A stretch of 64,000 nucleotides of DNA from Nitrospirales bacterium. Its GTDB lineage: Bacteria; Nitrospirota; Nitrospiria; Nitrospirales; UBA8639. The stretch spans positions 2,464,001 through 2,528,000 of the forward strand of contig CBDBCZ010000019.1 in assembly GCA_965203295.1 (NCBI GenBank). The letters are read 5' to 3'. The notes under the pieces were generated by a model. That model saw nothing but the letters and a program-made list of their open reading frames with translations, ran no database searches and was not told where the DNA came from. Below, piece after piece: positions 21,194-30,378 of the stretch. Each line of letters begins with the position of its first letter. Position 1 is the first letter of the stretch. Both the position numbers and the translations under genes were made by a program.

Positions 21194-22444
21194 TTAGCGG
21201 TCACATTCCCCCATCACGATATCATATGTCCCGAAAATGGTGACCGCATCAGCAATCATATAGCCTCGCGCCATGAAGTCAAAGGCGCCCATATGAATAA
21301 ACGAAGGAGCCCGGATTTTCAGACGATACGGTTGTCCTCCCCCAGTGCTGACAATATAAAAGCCCAACTCACCTTTGTGGGCTTCAGTTCCGCAATAGAT
21401 TTCTCCAGGTGGCGCATCAAAGCCCTGAGAAAAGAGCTTAAACTGCTGGATCATGGATTCGAGGTTCGTGAAGACTCTGTCCTTCGGTGGGAGAGTCACG
21501 CTGGGGACATCAGCTAATATCGGTCCTTCTTTGGGCATTTGCTCCATACACTGTCGGATGATTTTAACGCTTTCGTGCATCTCTTCAATCCGAATCCAAT
21601 ACCGATCATAGGTGTCTCCGTTCTTCCCAACAGGAACGCTAAATTCACACTTGGGATAGGCTCCATAGGACTCGTATTTCCGTAAATCATAGTCGACACC
21701 CGACCCACGGAGCGTAGGACCGCTGAGTCCGAAGCTCAAAGCATCCTCTGCTGAAATGACCGCGACACCTCGAGTACGGGCCAACCAAATACGATTCTTT
21801 TCCAGAAACACCACATATTCTTCAATCTTGGGCGGGAAGTAATCTAAGAACCGACGAATCTTATCTTCCAGAGAAGGCGTGAAGTCTCGTTCGACACCAC
21901 CGATGCGATACCAACTTGTCGTCAATCGTGCCCCGCAGAGCTCATCGAACCAATCGAGAAGAATTTCTCGATCACGGAAGGTATAAAAGAACACGGTCAT
22001 CGCACCAATGTCGAGAGCTTGAGTGCCTAACCAAAAGAGGTGACCAATAATCCGTTGAACCTCGGCGACAATGGTCCGAAGGTATTCAGCTCGGTCCGGA
22101 ATAGTCATATCCATCAGCTTTTCCACAGCCCGACAGTAAGCAAAGTTGTTGTACATGGCACAGACATAATCCAGACGATCGGTGTGGGGAATGAATTGAT
22201 GATACGTGCCATGTTCAGCAAGCTTTTCAACTCCACGATGGAGGAAGCCCAAAACGGGGATGGATTTAACGATTCGTTCCCCTTCCAACTCCAGAATGAC
22301 TTTCAAGACGCCATGGGTGCTGGGATGCTGTGGCCCCATGTTCAGAAGCAACTCTTCTGTTCGAAGCGTGGGGAGAGATTGGGTCTCCGGATGTTCCGGA
22401 TTCACTCTATAGACGGTGTCGCGTTGGTCTTCCAGAAACGCCAT
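21194..22444 (-). CDS. nuoD: NADH-quinone oxidoreductase subunit D
   Basis: NMGPQHPSTHGVL, GFLHRGVEK, DRLDY, GECDR. Confidence 0.97.
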   Translation of the reverse strand: MAFLEDQRDTVYRVNPEHPETQSLPTLRTEELLLNMGPQHPSTHGVLKVILELEGERIVKSIPVLGFLHRGVEKLAEHGTYHQFIPHTDRLDYVCAMYNNFAYCRAVEKLMDMTIPDRAEYLRTIVAEVQRIIGHLFWLGTQALDIGAMTVFFYTFRDREILLDWFDELCGARLTTSWYRIGGVERDFTPSLEDKIRRFLDYFPPKIEEYVVFLEKNRIWLARTRGVAVISAEDALSFGLSGPTLRGSGVDYDLRKYESYGAYPKCEFSVPVGKNGDTYDRYWIRIEEMHESVKIIRQCMEQMPKEGPILADVPSVTLPPKDRVFTNLESMIQQFKLFSQGFDAPPGEIYCGTEAHKGELGFYIVSTGGGQPYRLKIRAPSFIHMGAFDFMARGYMIADAVTIFGTYDIVMGECDR

Positions 22445-22486
22445 GATTTTCCCTGTCAATTACATTCGTGAGAGATCCTTTAGCCC

Positions 22487-22975
22487 TTAGTCATTTAAAA
22501 AATCGAAGGTGTCACGCCAGCCTTTTCCCTGAAGTGGGAAGTCTTTTCGAAGAGGATATCCCTCCGGGTAATCATCTGGCATTAAGATCCGTCGAAGGTC
22601 TCCGTGATTCCGAAATCGAATCCCCATCATGTCAAAGACCTCACGTTCCATGAAATCGGCACCTTTCCAAATATCCATCATGGAATCCACGATACAATCA
22701 TTCTCCGGCACCCGCGTTTTAATGCGAATCCGATTCCGATGGCGAATCGAATAGACTTCGTACACGACTTCAAACCGCTCTTCGTCATCAGGCCAATCCA
22801 CGGAACTCACATGGACAATATAATCGAACGCCATGGCGGGGTCATCATGAAGAAACTTGCAGATCTTATGAATATGATCGCGCTTGACCGTGACCGCCAA
22901 ATCACCATGCCACTCCGTGGCCTCTTGAAACCCTTCAGGGAAGCGACTTTGAATCTGTTCAGCTAAGGCATGCAT
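22487..22975 (-). CDS. nuoC: NADH-quinone oxidoreductase subunit C
   Basis: EREVFDMMGIRF, LRRILMP, PLRKDFPL. Confidence 0.96.
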   Translation of the reverse strand: MHALAEQIQSRFPEGFQEATEWHGDLAVTVKRDHIHKICKFLHDDPAMAFDYIVHVSSVDWPDDEERFEVVYEVYSIRHRNRIRIKTRVPENDCIVDSMMDIWKGADFMEREVFDMMGIRFRNHGDLRRILMPDDYPEGYPLRKDFPLQGKGWRDTFDFLND

Positions 22976-23052
22976 CTATACGTTCCAGAAAACCTTTCAG
23001 AAATTCCCCCAAGAATGTTTTCATTCTTCGGAACGGGGATCAGAAGAAAAAC

Positions 23053-23568
23053 TTACGCTTTGACTTCCTCAGGCTGCTTGGTAAACACACGCTTCACCAT
23101 AATGCGGTCTTGAAGTTTTAAGATCCCATCGAACAATGCTTCCGGGGTTGGCGGGCAACCAGGAACATAAATATCAACAGGGACAAATCGATCAACTCCC
23201 TGAACCACACTATAACTGTCGTAAATATTTCCAGATGTCGCGCAGGACCCCATGGAAATGACATATTTGGGTTCAGGCATTTGGTCATAGATTTTCCGAA
23301 TCACGGGGGCCATCCGTCGACAGACGGTCCCCGCAACAATCATGAGATCCGATTGGCGTGGAGAAGCCCGAAATACGCCAGCTCCATACCGGTCAATATC
23401 GTATCGAGCAGACACCGCCGCAATCATTTCAATGGCGCAACAGGCCAAGCCAAACGTCATGGGCCATAGTGAACCCTTCCGCGCCCAGTTCACAGCTTTC
23501 TCGAGCGATAGGGTCATCACACCGATATCGCCATCCTTTTCACGTTTTCCTAGTTGGATGAGTCCCAT
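23053..23568 (-). CDS. nuoB: NADH-quinone oxidoreductase subunit B
   Basis: [25 protein letters not shown]. Confidence 0.97.
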   Translation of the reverse strand: MGLIQLGKREKDGDIGVMTLSLEKAVNWARKGSLWPMTFGLACCAIEMIAAVSARYDIDRYGAGVFRASPRQSDLMIVAGTVCRRMAPVIRKIYDQMPEPKYVISMGSCATSGNIYDSYSVVQGVDRFVPVDIYVPGCPPTPEALFDGILKLQDRIMVKRVFTKQPEEVKA

Positions 23569-23646
23569 GTTGGATCCTTTTTCTTTCTATAAGGCGTTAG
23601 GGAATCACAATACAGTGGAATAACAAACGGGCATTTCCCTCTCTCG

Positions 23647-24033
23647 TTAATCCCACTCTAAGGCCCCTTTTCTCCAGGCATAGACATAGGCCACAACAAA
23701 CAGACCAATGAAAATCATCATTTCAATGAGCCCAATCACCCCCAACTGATCAAAGGCAACAGCCCAGGGATAGAGGAAGATGACCTCAATATCGAAAATC
23801 ACAAACAGCATGGCAATGACATAGTATCGAACGGGGAATGGCATCCTGGAATCAGAAAAAGGTTCACTCCCGCATTCATAGGTCGTGTATTTTTCCGGCT
23901 CGGGATACTTGGGCTGAAGAAAATAACTGAGAATCAGGGTGACCACGCCAAAGGCAAAGGCCAAGAAAATAAAAATCAAGATGGAAGCGTAGTTCGTCAG
24001 GTATTCAAGTAGAAGGTCGAATCCACTGACCAT
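23647..24033 (-). CDS. nuoA: NADH-quinone oxidoreductase subunit A
   Basis: YECGSEP, FVIFDIEVIFLYPWA, KGALEWD. Confidence 0.97.
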   Translation of the reverse strand: MVSGFDLLLEYLTNYASILIFIFLAFAFGVVTLILSYFLQPKYPEPEKYTTYECGSEPFSDSRMPFPVRYYVIAMLFVIFDIEVIFLYPWAVAFDQLGVIGLIEMMIFIGLFVVAYVYAWRKGALEWD

Positions 24034-24594
24034 TTGATAGCCTCTTTACCTTAAGGAAACCTAAGATTTTGGCCGGATTTCAAATCGTAACACCTCAATT
24101 TTTAAGGAATCAAGGGAACAAAAGACCTACCGCAAAACATCGAAGAGCCTAAAGAGAACAGACCATAAGGTTTCTCCCCCAAAGCCCTTGGGTCCTGCTT
24201 TTTTGCACCCGGTAAGACTGGTAATAAGTGAGGCTTGGGAAAAAGAATTGAGGATTCTCTACTGTTTTTTCATACTTTCAGGGGGCATTCGTAGATTTCG
24301 AGGCGGGGCATGGACCGATTCTTTCCATTCATCGGTGAAGGGAGAAACAGCCTTGGCTTTTTTTCGACGGTGGATTTGGGTCTCAATCCGACGTGACGGA
24401 GGTTGGGATTTTGGAGATTTTGTCAATTTGCTCGACTGAGAAGGTTTCATGAGTATCAGAAAAGAGTCCAGGTATTTGCTCTAGAGACGTCCCTTCACGC
24501 ATTATATCAACGGCATACTATAAAGAACTTCAGCTCACCCAGTCAACTCATGAATAAGCTGGACGAGGCAAATTTCACGACAACGCCTGTGAGC

Positions 24595-25128
24595 TCATGG
24601 AGAGGAGGAGTCCGGTGATGACCACATCGGAATTCGAGATGGATGACTCTGCAGATCGCTATTGTCGTAGGGGCGTTCGTTCCCAGTGACACCATCTTCA
24701 TGAGGGTCCGACCACATTTCCCCGTTCTCCTGCTCGAACTCTCCATTCTGATTAACATCGACCCAATAAAAGAGGGGTTCTCCAATCGTAATCACAACCG
24801 GCGTGCCGAATTCGTCCAACCAGACCTTGTAGGTCCGTCTAGCCGTCATGAAATTGGGGGAGCCTGAATCGGTCATATCAAACAACCTAAAAAACATATC
24901 ATTCCGCCAGTCGTAATAGGCTTTGACTTCGCGAGGATCGAATTCCTCTGGCTCTTTTGGAATAGGGTTTGGCGGATAGACTTGATCCCCGGGATTTTTA
25001 GGACTACCCAACCAAGGGGATCCCCCAGCAAACGAGATATTTGTGGACATGCATGAGATCGCAAAGAGTCCTACTCCGAGCATTATCACAACACGTATGG
25101 ACCTATCCCACTCTTTTTGCTTTGCCAC
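24595..25128 (-). CDS. Hypothetical exported protein (possible lipoprotein)
   Basis: 177-aa ORF with a hydrophobic N-terminus ending in Cys and an acidic DVNQNGEFE loop. Confidence 0.6.
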   Translation of the reverse strand: MAKQKEWDRSIRVVIMLGVGLFAISCMSTNISFAGGSPWLGSPKNPGDQVYPPNPIPKEPEEFDPREVKAYYDWRNDMFFRLFDMTDSGSPNFMTARRTYKVWLDEFGTPVVITIGEPLFYWVDVNQNGEFEQENGEMWSDPHEDGVTGNERPYDNSDLQSHPSRIPMWSSPDSSSP

Positions 25129-25461
25129 GATCTACCTTTAGACGTCCATCACTCATCAAGTTTACTCGATCCTTCATTTTAACCTAATGATCACCTCATA
25201 TGTAAGAATTCGAATTCCAGTTGACGGACACTGTCAGATGACGTTGGGAATGCTTGCGGCAGGCAGGGAAACTTAGTCGTAAAAATTTAGGATCCATCTG
25301 TCAAACATTGTCTAGTGAAGTTTAGGTTCGGTGAACTTGGTTGTAGCCCGTGTATACTCTTCTCGTCATTCCTCCGAAGGCAGAAATCTAGGATTTCAAC
25401 CCCAAGCAGGAAGAACAACAAGATGGATCCCCGCCAAAGGTTTATAAAAATCTGTCCTCTT

Positions 25462-25662
25462 TTTTTGTTCCGCCTTGCGCGCGGCTGAGTCCTAGCGCCG
25501 AATCCGACAATTCGGTGAGGACTGTCTGAGCGGAGCGAGTTCCGCAGCCATGTGATTCGGCGCTGGGACGAAGGAGACCCGCAGGACCCGCGCGCGAGCG
25601 GGAATGGTTTTGGGTCCTTTTGCCGAAACAAAAGGACCTCGACTGCCGTGGCGAAACCCGGC
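25462..25662 (-). repeat. ~200-bp structured dispersed repeat (MITE/REP-like), copy 1
   Basis: Its reverse complement aligns almost base for base with 48919-49118. Contains internal hairpins. Confidence 0.9.
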
Positions 25663-25788
25663 CAAGTAGAGCTGTGGACGAGAAAATCGGATCTTTAAAC
25701 TTTAAACCCGAAACTCCCTTCCCCGACCTTGTTTGTGGGTTCACCAACGCCCTGTTACAATCTTTTCCTGGAATTCATCCTTCGATTT

Positions 25789-28146
25789 ATGTTTGCCAAC
25801 ATCGCTTTTCCTCCAAATTTTTCCAAAATCTTCACCTATTCTATTCCTTCTAGATTGGAGGGGAGAGCCCAGATAGGTCAATGGGTTCTTGTTCCATTTG
25901 GTCAAGCCACTCGAGAAGGATTAGTGGTTTCAAAAAACCACCTTCTCCCTGACTTTGACTCCAACCAACAACGCAAGATTCCCCACATTAAAGACATTAT
26001 TGATATAGTCCCAACAGGATCTAGGATTTCAGTGGATCCTTCACTCCTCACATTGGCACAAGACATTGGATCTTACTACCTCGCCCCTTTGACGTTGTGC
26101 CTTCGCCTCTTCCACCTGAACGAGACCTATTTGCCCAGAATCAGTCAAAAAATTTACTTGACTGAGTTGGGAAGAAAAGCGAGTGTGGAAAATCGGCGTT
26201 TGCAACCGATTACGTACGAAATTCTCACACGCCTCGACAAAGCACCGAAGGGCTTAACCCTGGCCACGCTCAAGCGCCATGCACCTTCTTCTATTGAGCG
26301 GGTTCTTCAGGGACTCAGGAACCGTGGATGGATTGATACTAAAAGCTATATCCCAACAGTTCACCAAACTTACCTGCAGAGAAAAGTTACACCTCTTTTG
26401 ACTCAATCAGACCAAAACGACACTTCAGAGATCCAAAGTACTTCGTCCCCCACCGACACCAGACACGAGCATGAACGGACATTGTCTGCGACTCAACTTC
26501 TGTCAAAAGTGAGCGATGAGCCTTGGCGCATTGAATGTCAAGAAGCGCTTCAAAAAAAACAGTATCAACCAATGTTCTTCTTTGCACCAAAAGCGGAACT
26601 CTTATCGGGCTACATTTGCGCAATCCAAGAGACGTTGGGTTCACAGCGTAACGCACTCATGATTACTCCTGAACTAGAACGTGCGGAGAGCCTTGTGAAC
26701 CACATCAAGCCGTTGTGGGGAAACCAAGTGGCTCTATTCCATAGCGGGCTATCGAACCGCGAACGTTTGGAACTCGGGAAACATCTTGAAGAAGGAAAAG
26801 TGCGCGTGGTCATCGGGACGAGATCAGCATTATTCATTGCTCTCCCTAACCTTGGGCTAATTGGAGTCGACCAAGAAGACAACCCTTTACTGAAGGATGA
26901 ACAACGCCCCTACTACCATGTACGAGAAGTGGCTCAAATGCGGGCGTCACAAGCCTCGGCTGTTTTTCTCTTAGGAACTTCTCATCCATCCATGGAGACC
27001 TATTTTTCTTTCTCCCAATCAGAGGCTCGTCGCGAGCTCCTAACCTTCGAGAGAAGAAAGGATTTGCCAAGAGTTCAGGTCATCAATCTGAAAGAGATAC
27101 CATATGAACAGGTGTTGTCAGACGAAATGATTCACGGAATTCGAACAGCCATTGACCAAAAGGGCGGGGCCCTCATTTTCCTAAACCGAAAGGGATTCTC
27201 GTCTGCCCTCTCCTGCAAAGCCTGTGGGTTCACTCCCCACTGCCAACGTTGTCACGTTTCTTTCACGGTATTTAAAACTCCCGCTCGCCTTTGTTGCACG
27301 TATTGCGGAGCCTCACAATCGATCCCGCTGACATGTCCATCTTGTCATGCGACCCATCTGCATCCGGTCGGTTTCGGGACCGAACGGATTGAGGAACTCC
27401 TTCGCCAACGCTTCCCAACTGCGACAATCGCCCGTTTTGATCGGGACGCCCTCCCAACCCCCAGCGCCGCGAGAAAAATTCGAGACCAATTTCAACAGGA
27501 CACGACCCACATCTTGATTGGCACACAACTTCTGTTACCGGCCTTATCTGTCCCCAAAGTTCAGTTCGTCGGTGTTCCCTATGCAGATGCCAGCCTTCAT
27601 TTTCCCGATTTTCGATCGAGTGAACGAGTTTTCCACCAGTTGGCAAGCGCTGTGGAACTTGCCCATTCTCAGAAAGACGGAGGCCATGTCGTCATTCAAA
27701 CGTACCTCCCGACTCATCATGTTCTACAATCCATTGTGGAGCAAGACCCGACGATCTTCTATGAGCATGAATTGGCCTTTCGAGAGGTCCTGGATTATCC
27801 ACCCTTTACACATCTCATTCTGTTGCAAGTTGCAGGGGAAGATTCAGAAACAGTTCGCTCCATGGCCACAAAATGGGCAAATGAGTTGCATCAAGTTTTT
27901 TCGACACTTCAGAAAGATTCTGCCAAACACGATCCCAAGTCTCCAGCCAAAGAATTTCTCCTCGGACCGATACCAGCCCACTCATCGAAGGGACGGGGGA
28001 AAAGCCGTTTTAAAATATTGATCAAGGCCAAAGATTTGCGTAAGGCAGGCAAGCTGATCCAGCAATCGCTGACGAGATTCGAAGAAGAGAAGAAAAGGAA
28101 TTCCCTTAAGTTCAGCGTGAACGTGGATCCAATGGAGGCCGTTTGA
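25789..28146 (+). CDS. priA: Primosomal protein N' with degenerate helicase motifs
   Basis: FTYSIP...VLVPFG 3'-binding domain, IGTRSALF, YHVREVA, FLNRKGF, four CxxC pairs, GFGTERIEE, PDFRSSER, YPPF, VDP C-terminus. Confidence 0.9.
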   Translation: MFANIAFPPNFSKIFTYSIPSRLEGRAQIGQWVLVPFGQATREGLVVSKNHLLPDFDSNQQRKIPHIKDIIDIVPTGSRISVDPSLLTLAQDIGSYYLAPLTLCLRLFHLNETYLPRISQKIYLTELGRKASVENRRLQPITYEILTRLDKAPKGLTLATLKRHAPSSIERVLQGLRNRGWIDTKSYIPTVHQTYLQRKVTPLLTQSDQNDTSEIQSTSSPTDTRHEHERTLSATQLLSKVSDEPWRIECQEALQKKQYQPMFFFAPKAELLSGYICAIQETLGSQRNALMITPELERAESLVNHIKPLWGNQVALFHSGLSNRERLELGKHLEEGKVRVVIGTRSALFIALPNLGLIGVDQEDNPLLKDEQRPYYHVREVAQMRASQASAVFLLGTSHPSMETYFSFSQSEARRELLTFERRKDLPRVQVINLKEIPYEQVLSDEMIHGIRTAIDQKGGALIFLNRKGFSSALSCKACGFTPHCQRCHVSFTVFKTPARLCCTYCGASQSIPLTCPSCHATHLHPVGFGTERIEELLRQRFPTATIARFDRDALPTPSAARKIRDQFQQDTTHILIGTQLLLPALSVPKVQFVGVPYADASLHFPDFRSSERVFHQLASAVELAHSQKDGGHVVIQTYLPTHHVLQSIVEQDPTIFYEHELAFREVLDYPPFTHLILLQVAGEDSETVRSMATKWANELHQVFSTLQKDSAKHDPKSPAKEFLLGPIPAHSSKGRGKSRFKILIKAKDLRKAGKLIQQSLTRFEEEKKRNSLKFSVNVDPMEAV

Positions 28147-28163
28147 GTAAGGGTGAGTTCGAC

Positions 28164-28604
28164 TTAGACTGTCCGTCGCTTCTTTTTCTTCGCTTTAGAA
28201 AGGCTTGAGGAGCCAGGAGTAGACGGCTGCGGCGGAGCATTTTTTTGTTGAATTCGGCGATAGATTCCATAGGCAAACGTCAGCCAGAACACTCCGGAAA
28301 ATAACCCGAACAGAACAGCGGTAAAAATTCGTTGCATGTCTTCCAACGGCGGTTCTGATCCAAACGCTTGAATGTCCTTCAGCATCAGAAAAGGCCATGC
28401 GAGACTTTCGAGTCCGATGAGGAGAGTAGAACATGCCCAGACATGGCTTGGGGTGGGACAAGTTTTTCCGAAAATGACCGTCAAGAGGACAACGATGACA
28501 ACAGTAACGGGCAGGGATAAATCTCCCAATAACATCCACAGTCCAATGGTCACGGCCATGCTGCCAATGACCGCATGAACCAGCAGTTTGGGTGAAGGCG
28601 TCAT
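28164..28604 (-). CDS. Hypothetical membrane protein
   Basis: About four hydrophobic segments and a basic tail. Confidence 0.7.
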   Translation of the reverse strand: MTPSPKLLVHAVIGSMAVTIGLWMLLGDLSLPVTVVIVVLLTVIFGKTCPTPSHVWACSTLLIGLESLAWPFLMLKDIQAFGSEPPLEDMQRIFTAVLFGLFSGVFWLTFAYGIYRRIQQKNAPPQPSTPGSSSLSKAKKKKRRTV

Positions 28605-28710
28605 GGGAAGTTACTCATAATCTTCTCGTGATTGATGCAAGAGGAATCCCTACAATAAGGTACTCAGTCAATGAAAACCAAATTGACAGATTGAATGTAA
28701 GGAAAGGGAA

Positions 28711-29421
28711 TTAGTCCTCTTCCGAAGCCGAATCCTCGTCAGAGGATTGAGGAGACAATTTTAATGAGGATACTTCGTGGGGATGAATCAACGTTAAGCA
28801 TTCAGCGGTTATTGGATCCTTGTGGAACAACACATAAATTGGAAACAGTTTAGGCCTTTCATCACGCTCCTGTGCCAAAAGAACAGGGACCTCGAACCAT
28901 GGTGCAAGATTCTCAAGGTACGCCATACGTAGACGGACGGCCAGCAGCATATCTCGAACTCGGGAATGCCACTCTTCTGAGGACACCCATGTTGAGGCGG
29001 TCACGTTCTTTTCCCACAAAGATTTTGTAATGCCAACCGCTAAGTCCATTCCCAACTCTTTGGCAATCTCACTCACATCAATGACTAACCCCGCTTGAAT
29101 CGCATCACCACGCGAAGGAATTCCGCTCACTGGCGAGGGAGGGACGTGAGGATCTTGTAGGGTCGATTTTTGCTCGCGAGAATTCGCCGCAGGCAGGGGC
29201 TCTAATTCATTCAACACATCAGAGGGTAACGGGCTCGCCTCCACCGCTCCAACGGATTCTTTCTGACATTCAGGCAGAAGAGATGTGCCACCCAAGGCAT
29301 TGAGAAGACTCTCGTAGATAGTACGGGCTGACTTTGACCATGCGGGGTCAAACGGTCGACCTTGAAAAGCCGCTTCAGAGGCCTTTTTCTCATCATTGGT
29401 TAGAGGCCGAAACTCATTCAT
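28711..29421 (-). CDS. Hypothetical protein (C-terminal half resembles DUF6573)
   Basis: SRGDAIQAGLVIDVSEIAKELG resembles the RxQAIxDGVLIDVS motif; likely ATG at 29421. Confidence 0.55.
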   Translation of the reverse strand: MNEFRPLTNDEKKASEAAFQGRPFDPAWSKSARTIYESLLNALGGTSLLPECQKESVGAVEASPLPSDVLNELEPLPAANSREQKSTLQDPHVPPSPVSGIPSRGDAIQAGLVIDVSEIAKELGMDLAVGITKSLWEKNVTASTWVSSEEWHSRVRDMLLAVRLRMAYLENLAPWFEVPVLLAQERDERPKLFPIYVLFHKDPITAECLTLIHPHEVSSLKLSPQSSDEDSASEED

Positions 29422-29519
29422 ACAAGTATTGTTAAGGCCCACAAGTCCACAAGTCAAGACATGGGCGAAATACCACTTGAGAATCGCAAATAGGAATTAA
29501 AAGGGGAAAGACTCTGGAA

Positions 29520-29930
29520 TCAATTGTTACTCGATTGAGGTGGCTCATCCAAAGGGTCCCGATTAACGGGGTTCCATTGTTGTAGCCGTTCAACCAATGG
29601 CTGAGCATCCGTCGAGGTGGATTGTGTGGACTCAGTAGGAGATTCATCCCACGTCAGGTGGGTGATGCTCTCTTGATTGAGGGTTTTCTGTATCATTTCG
29701 ACTAACGCCTCCAAAGTAGTGTCATCCCCATAGCGCAGATCTAAGACTCGTTGGGCGTTATCCGTAGGAGGTGGGGTATCATGCACCAGGCTCCAACATC
29801 GATCGAAAACCATTCGCCGCAAGGGATTGGGAAGATTGAGTGATGGAAGATCGCTGGTCGTTAGAGCCACCACCATGAGGACAAATTGAAGATCTGGCAC
29901 GCCCGGATTATTGATGTCTAACTTTTGCAT
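29520..29930 (-). CDS. Conserved hypothetical protein
   Basis: 136-aa ATG ORF co-oriented with its neighbours. Confidence 0.6.
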   Translation of the reverse strand: MQKLDINNPGVPDLQFVLMVVALTTSDLPSLNLPNPLRRMVFDRCWSLVHDTPPPTDNAQRVLDLRYGDDTTLEALVEMIQKTLNQESITHLTWDESPTESTQSTSTDAQPLVERLQQWNPVNRDPLDEPPQSSNN

Positions 29931-30378
29931 GACCCGACCATTTTAATCGTGGAGAAAAGCTCATGACAAGCTGATGATAGCGCCATGCCAGGGAGTTCAG
30001 TGCTTGATGTGAAGACAATGTCCTCCCCCCTCTTCGGAAAGACGTTCATGGCCTCAAGAACCAATCGGTTTAACAAGATGATGGAATGACTAGGTCATCT
30101 GATATATAGTCTTCACCAGCTAGACCCCTACGCTTAAAATCTCTGGTTTCTCCCATGAAAGCCTAGATCCAGGTAAAATGAAAAAAATCCTTTGAATTTT
30201 AGTCAATACACTGACCACAATCACTTTATGAATTTTTTCAAGAATTTCATGAATTTACATGCTTTCCCCAAAAGGAAGCGTCAACGATATGATTGTTTAC
30301 TCTATGTTTACTCTAAATGTTGATTCGAAAGATCGAGTTTCTAGGATCAAGTCCTATCACCCGAGAAGGGTACTGCCC

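Noticed and set aside
24259..24450. 63-aa basic ORF upstream of nuoA
   Set aside because: No recognisable motif; coding status cannot be supported.
25287..25747. ORFs 25287-25631, 25442-25747, 48898-49140 and 48950-49183 that share peptide sequence
   Set aside because: The similarity is simply translation of the non-coding 200-bp repeat in different frames.
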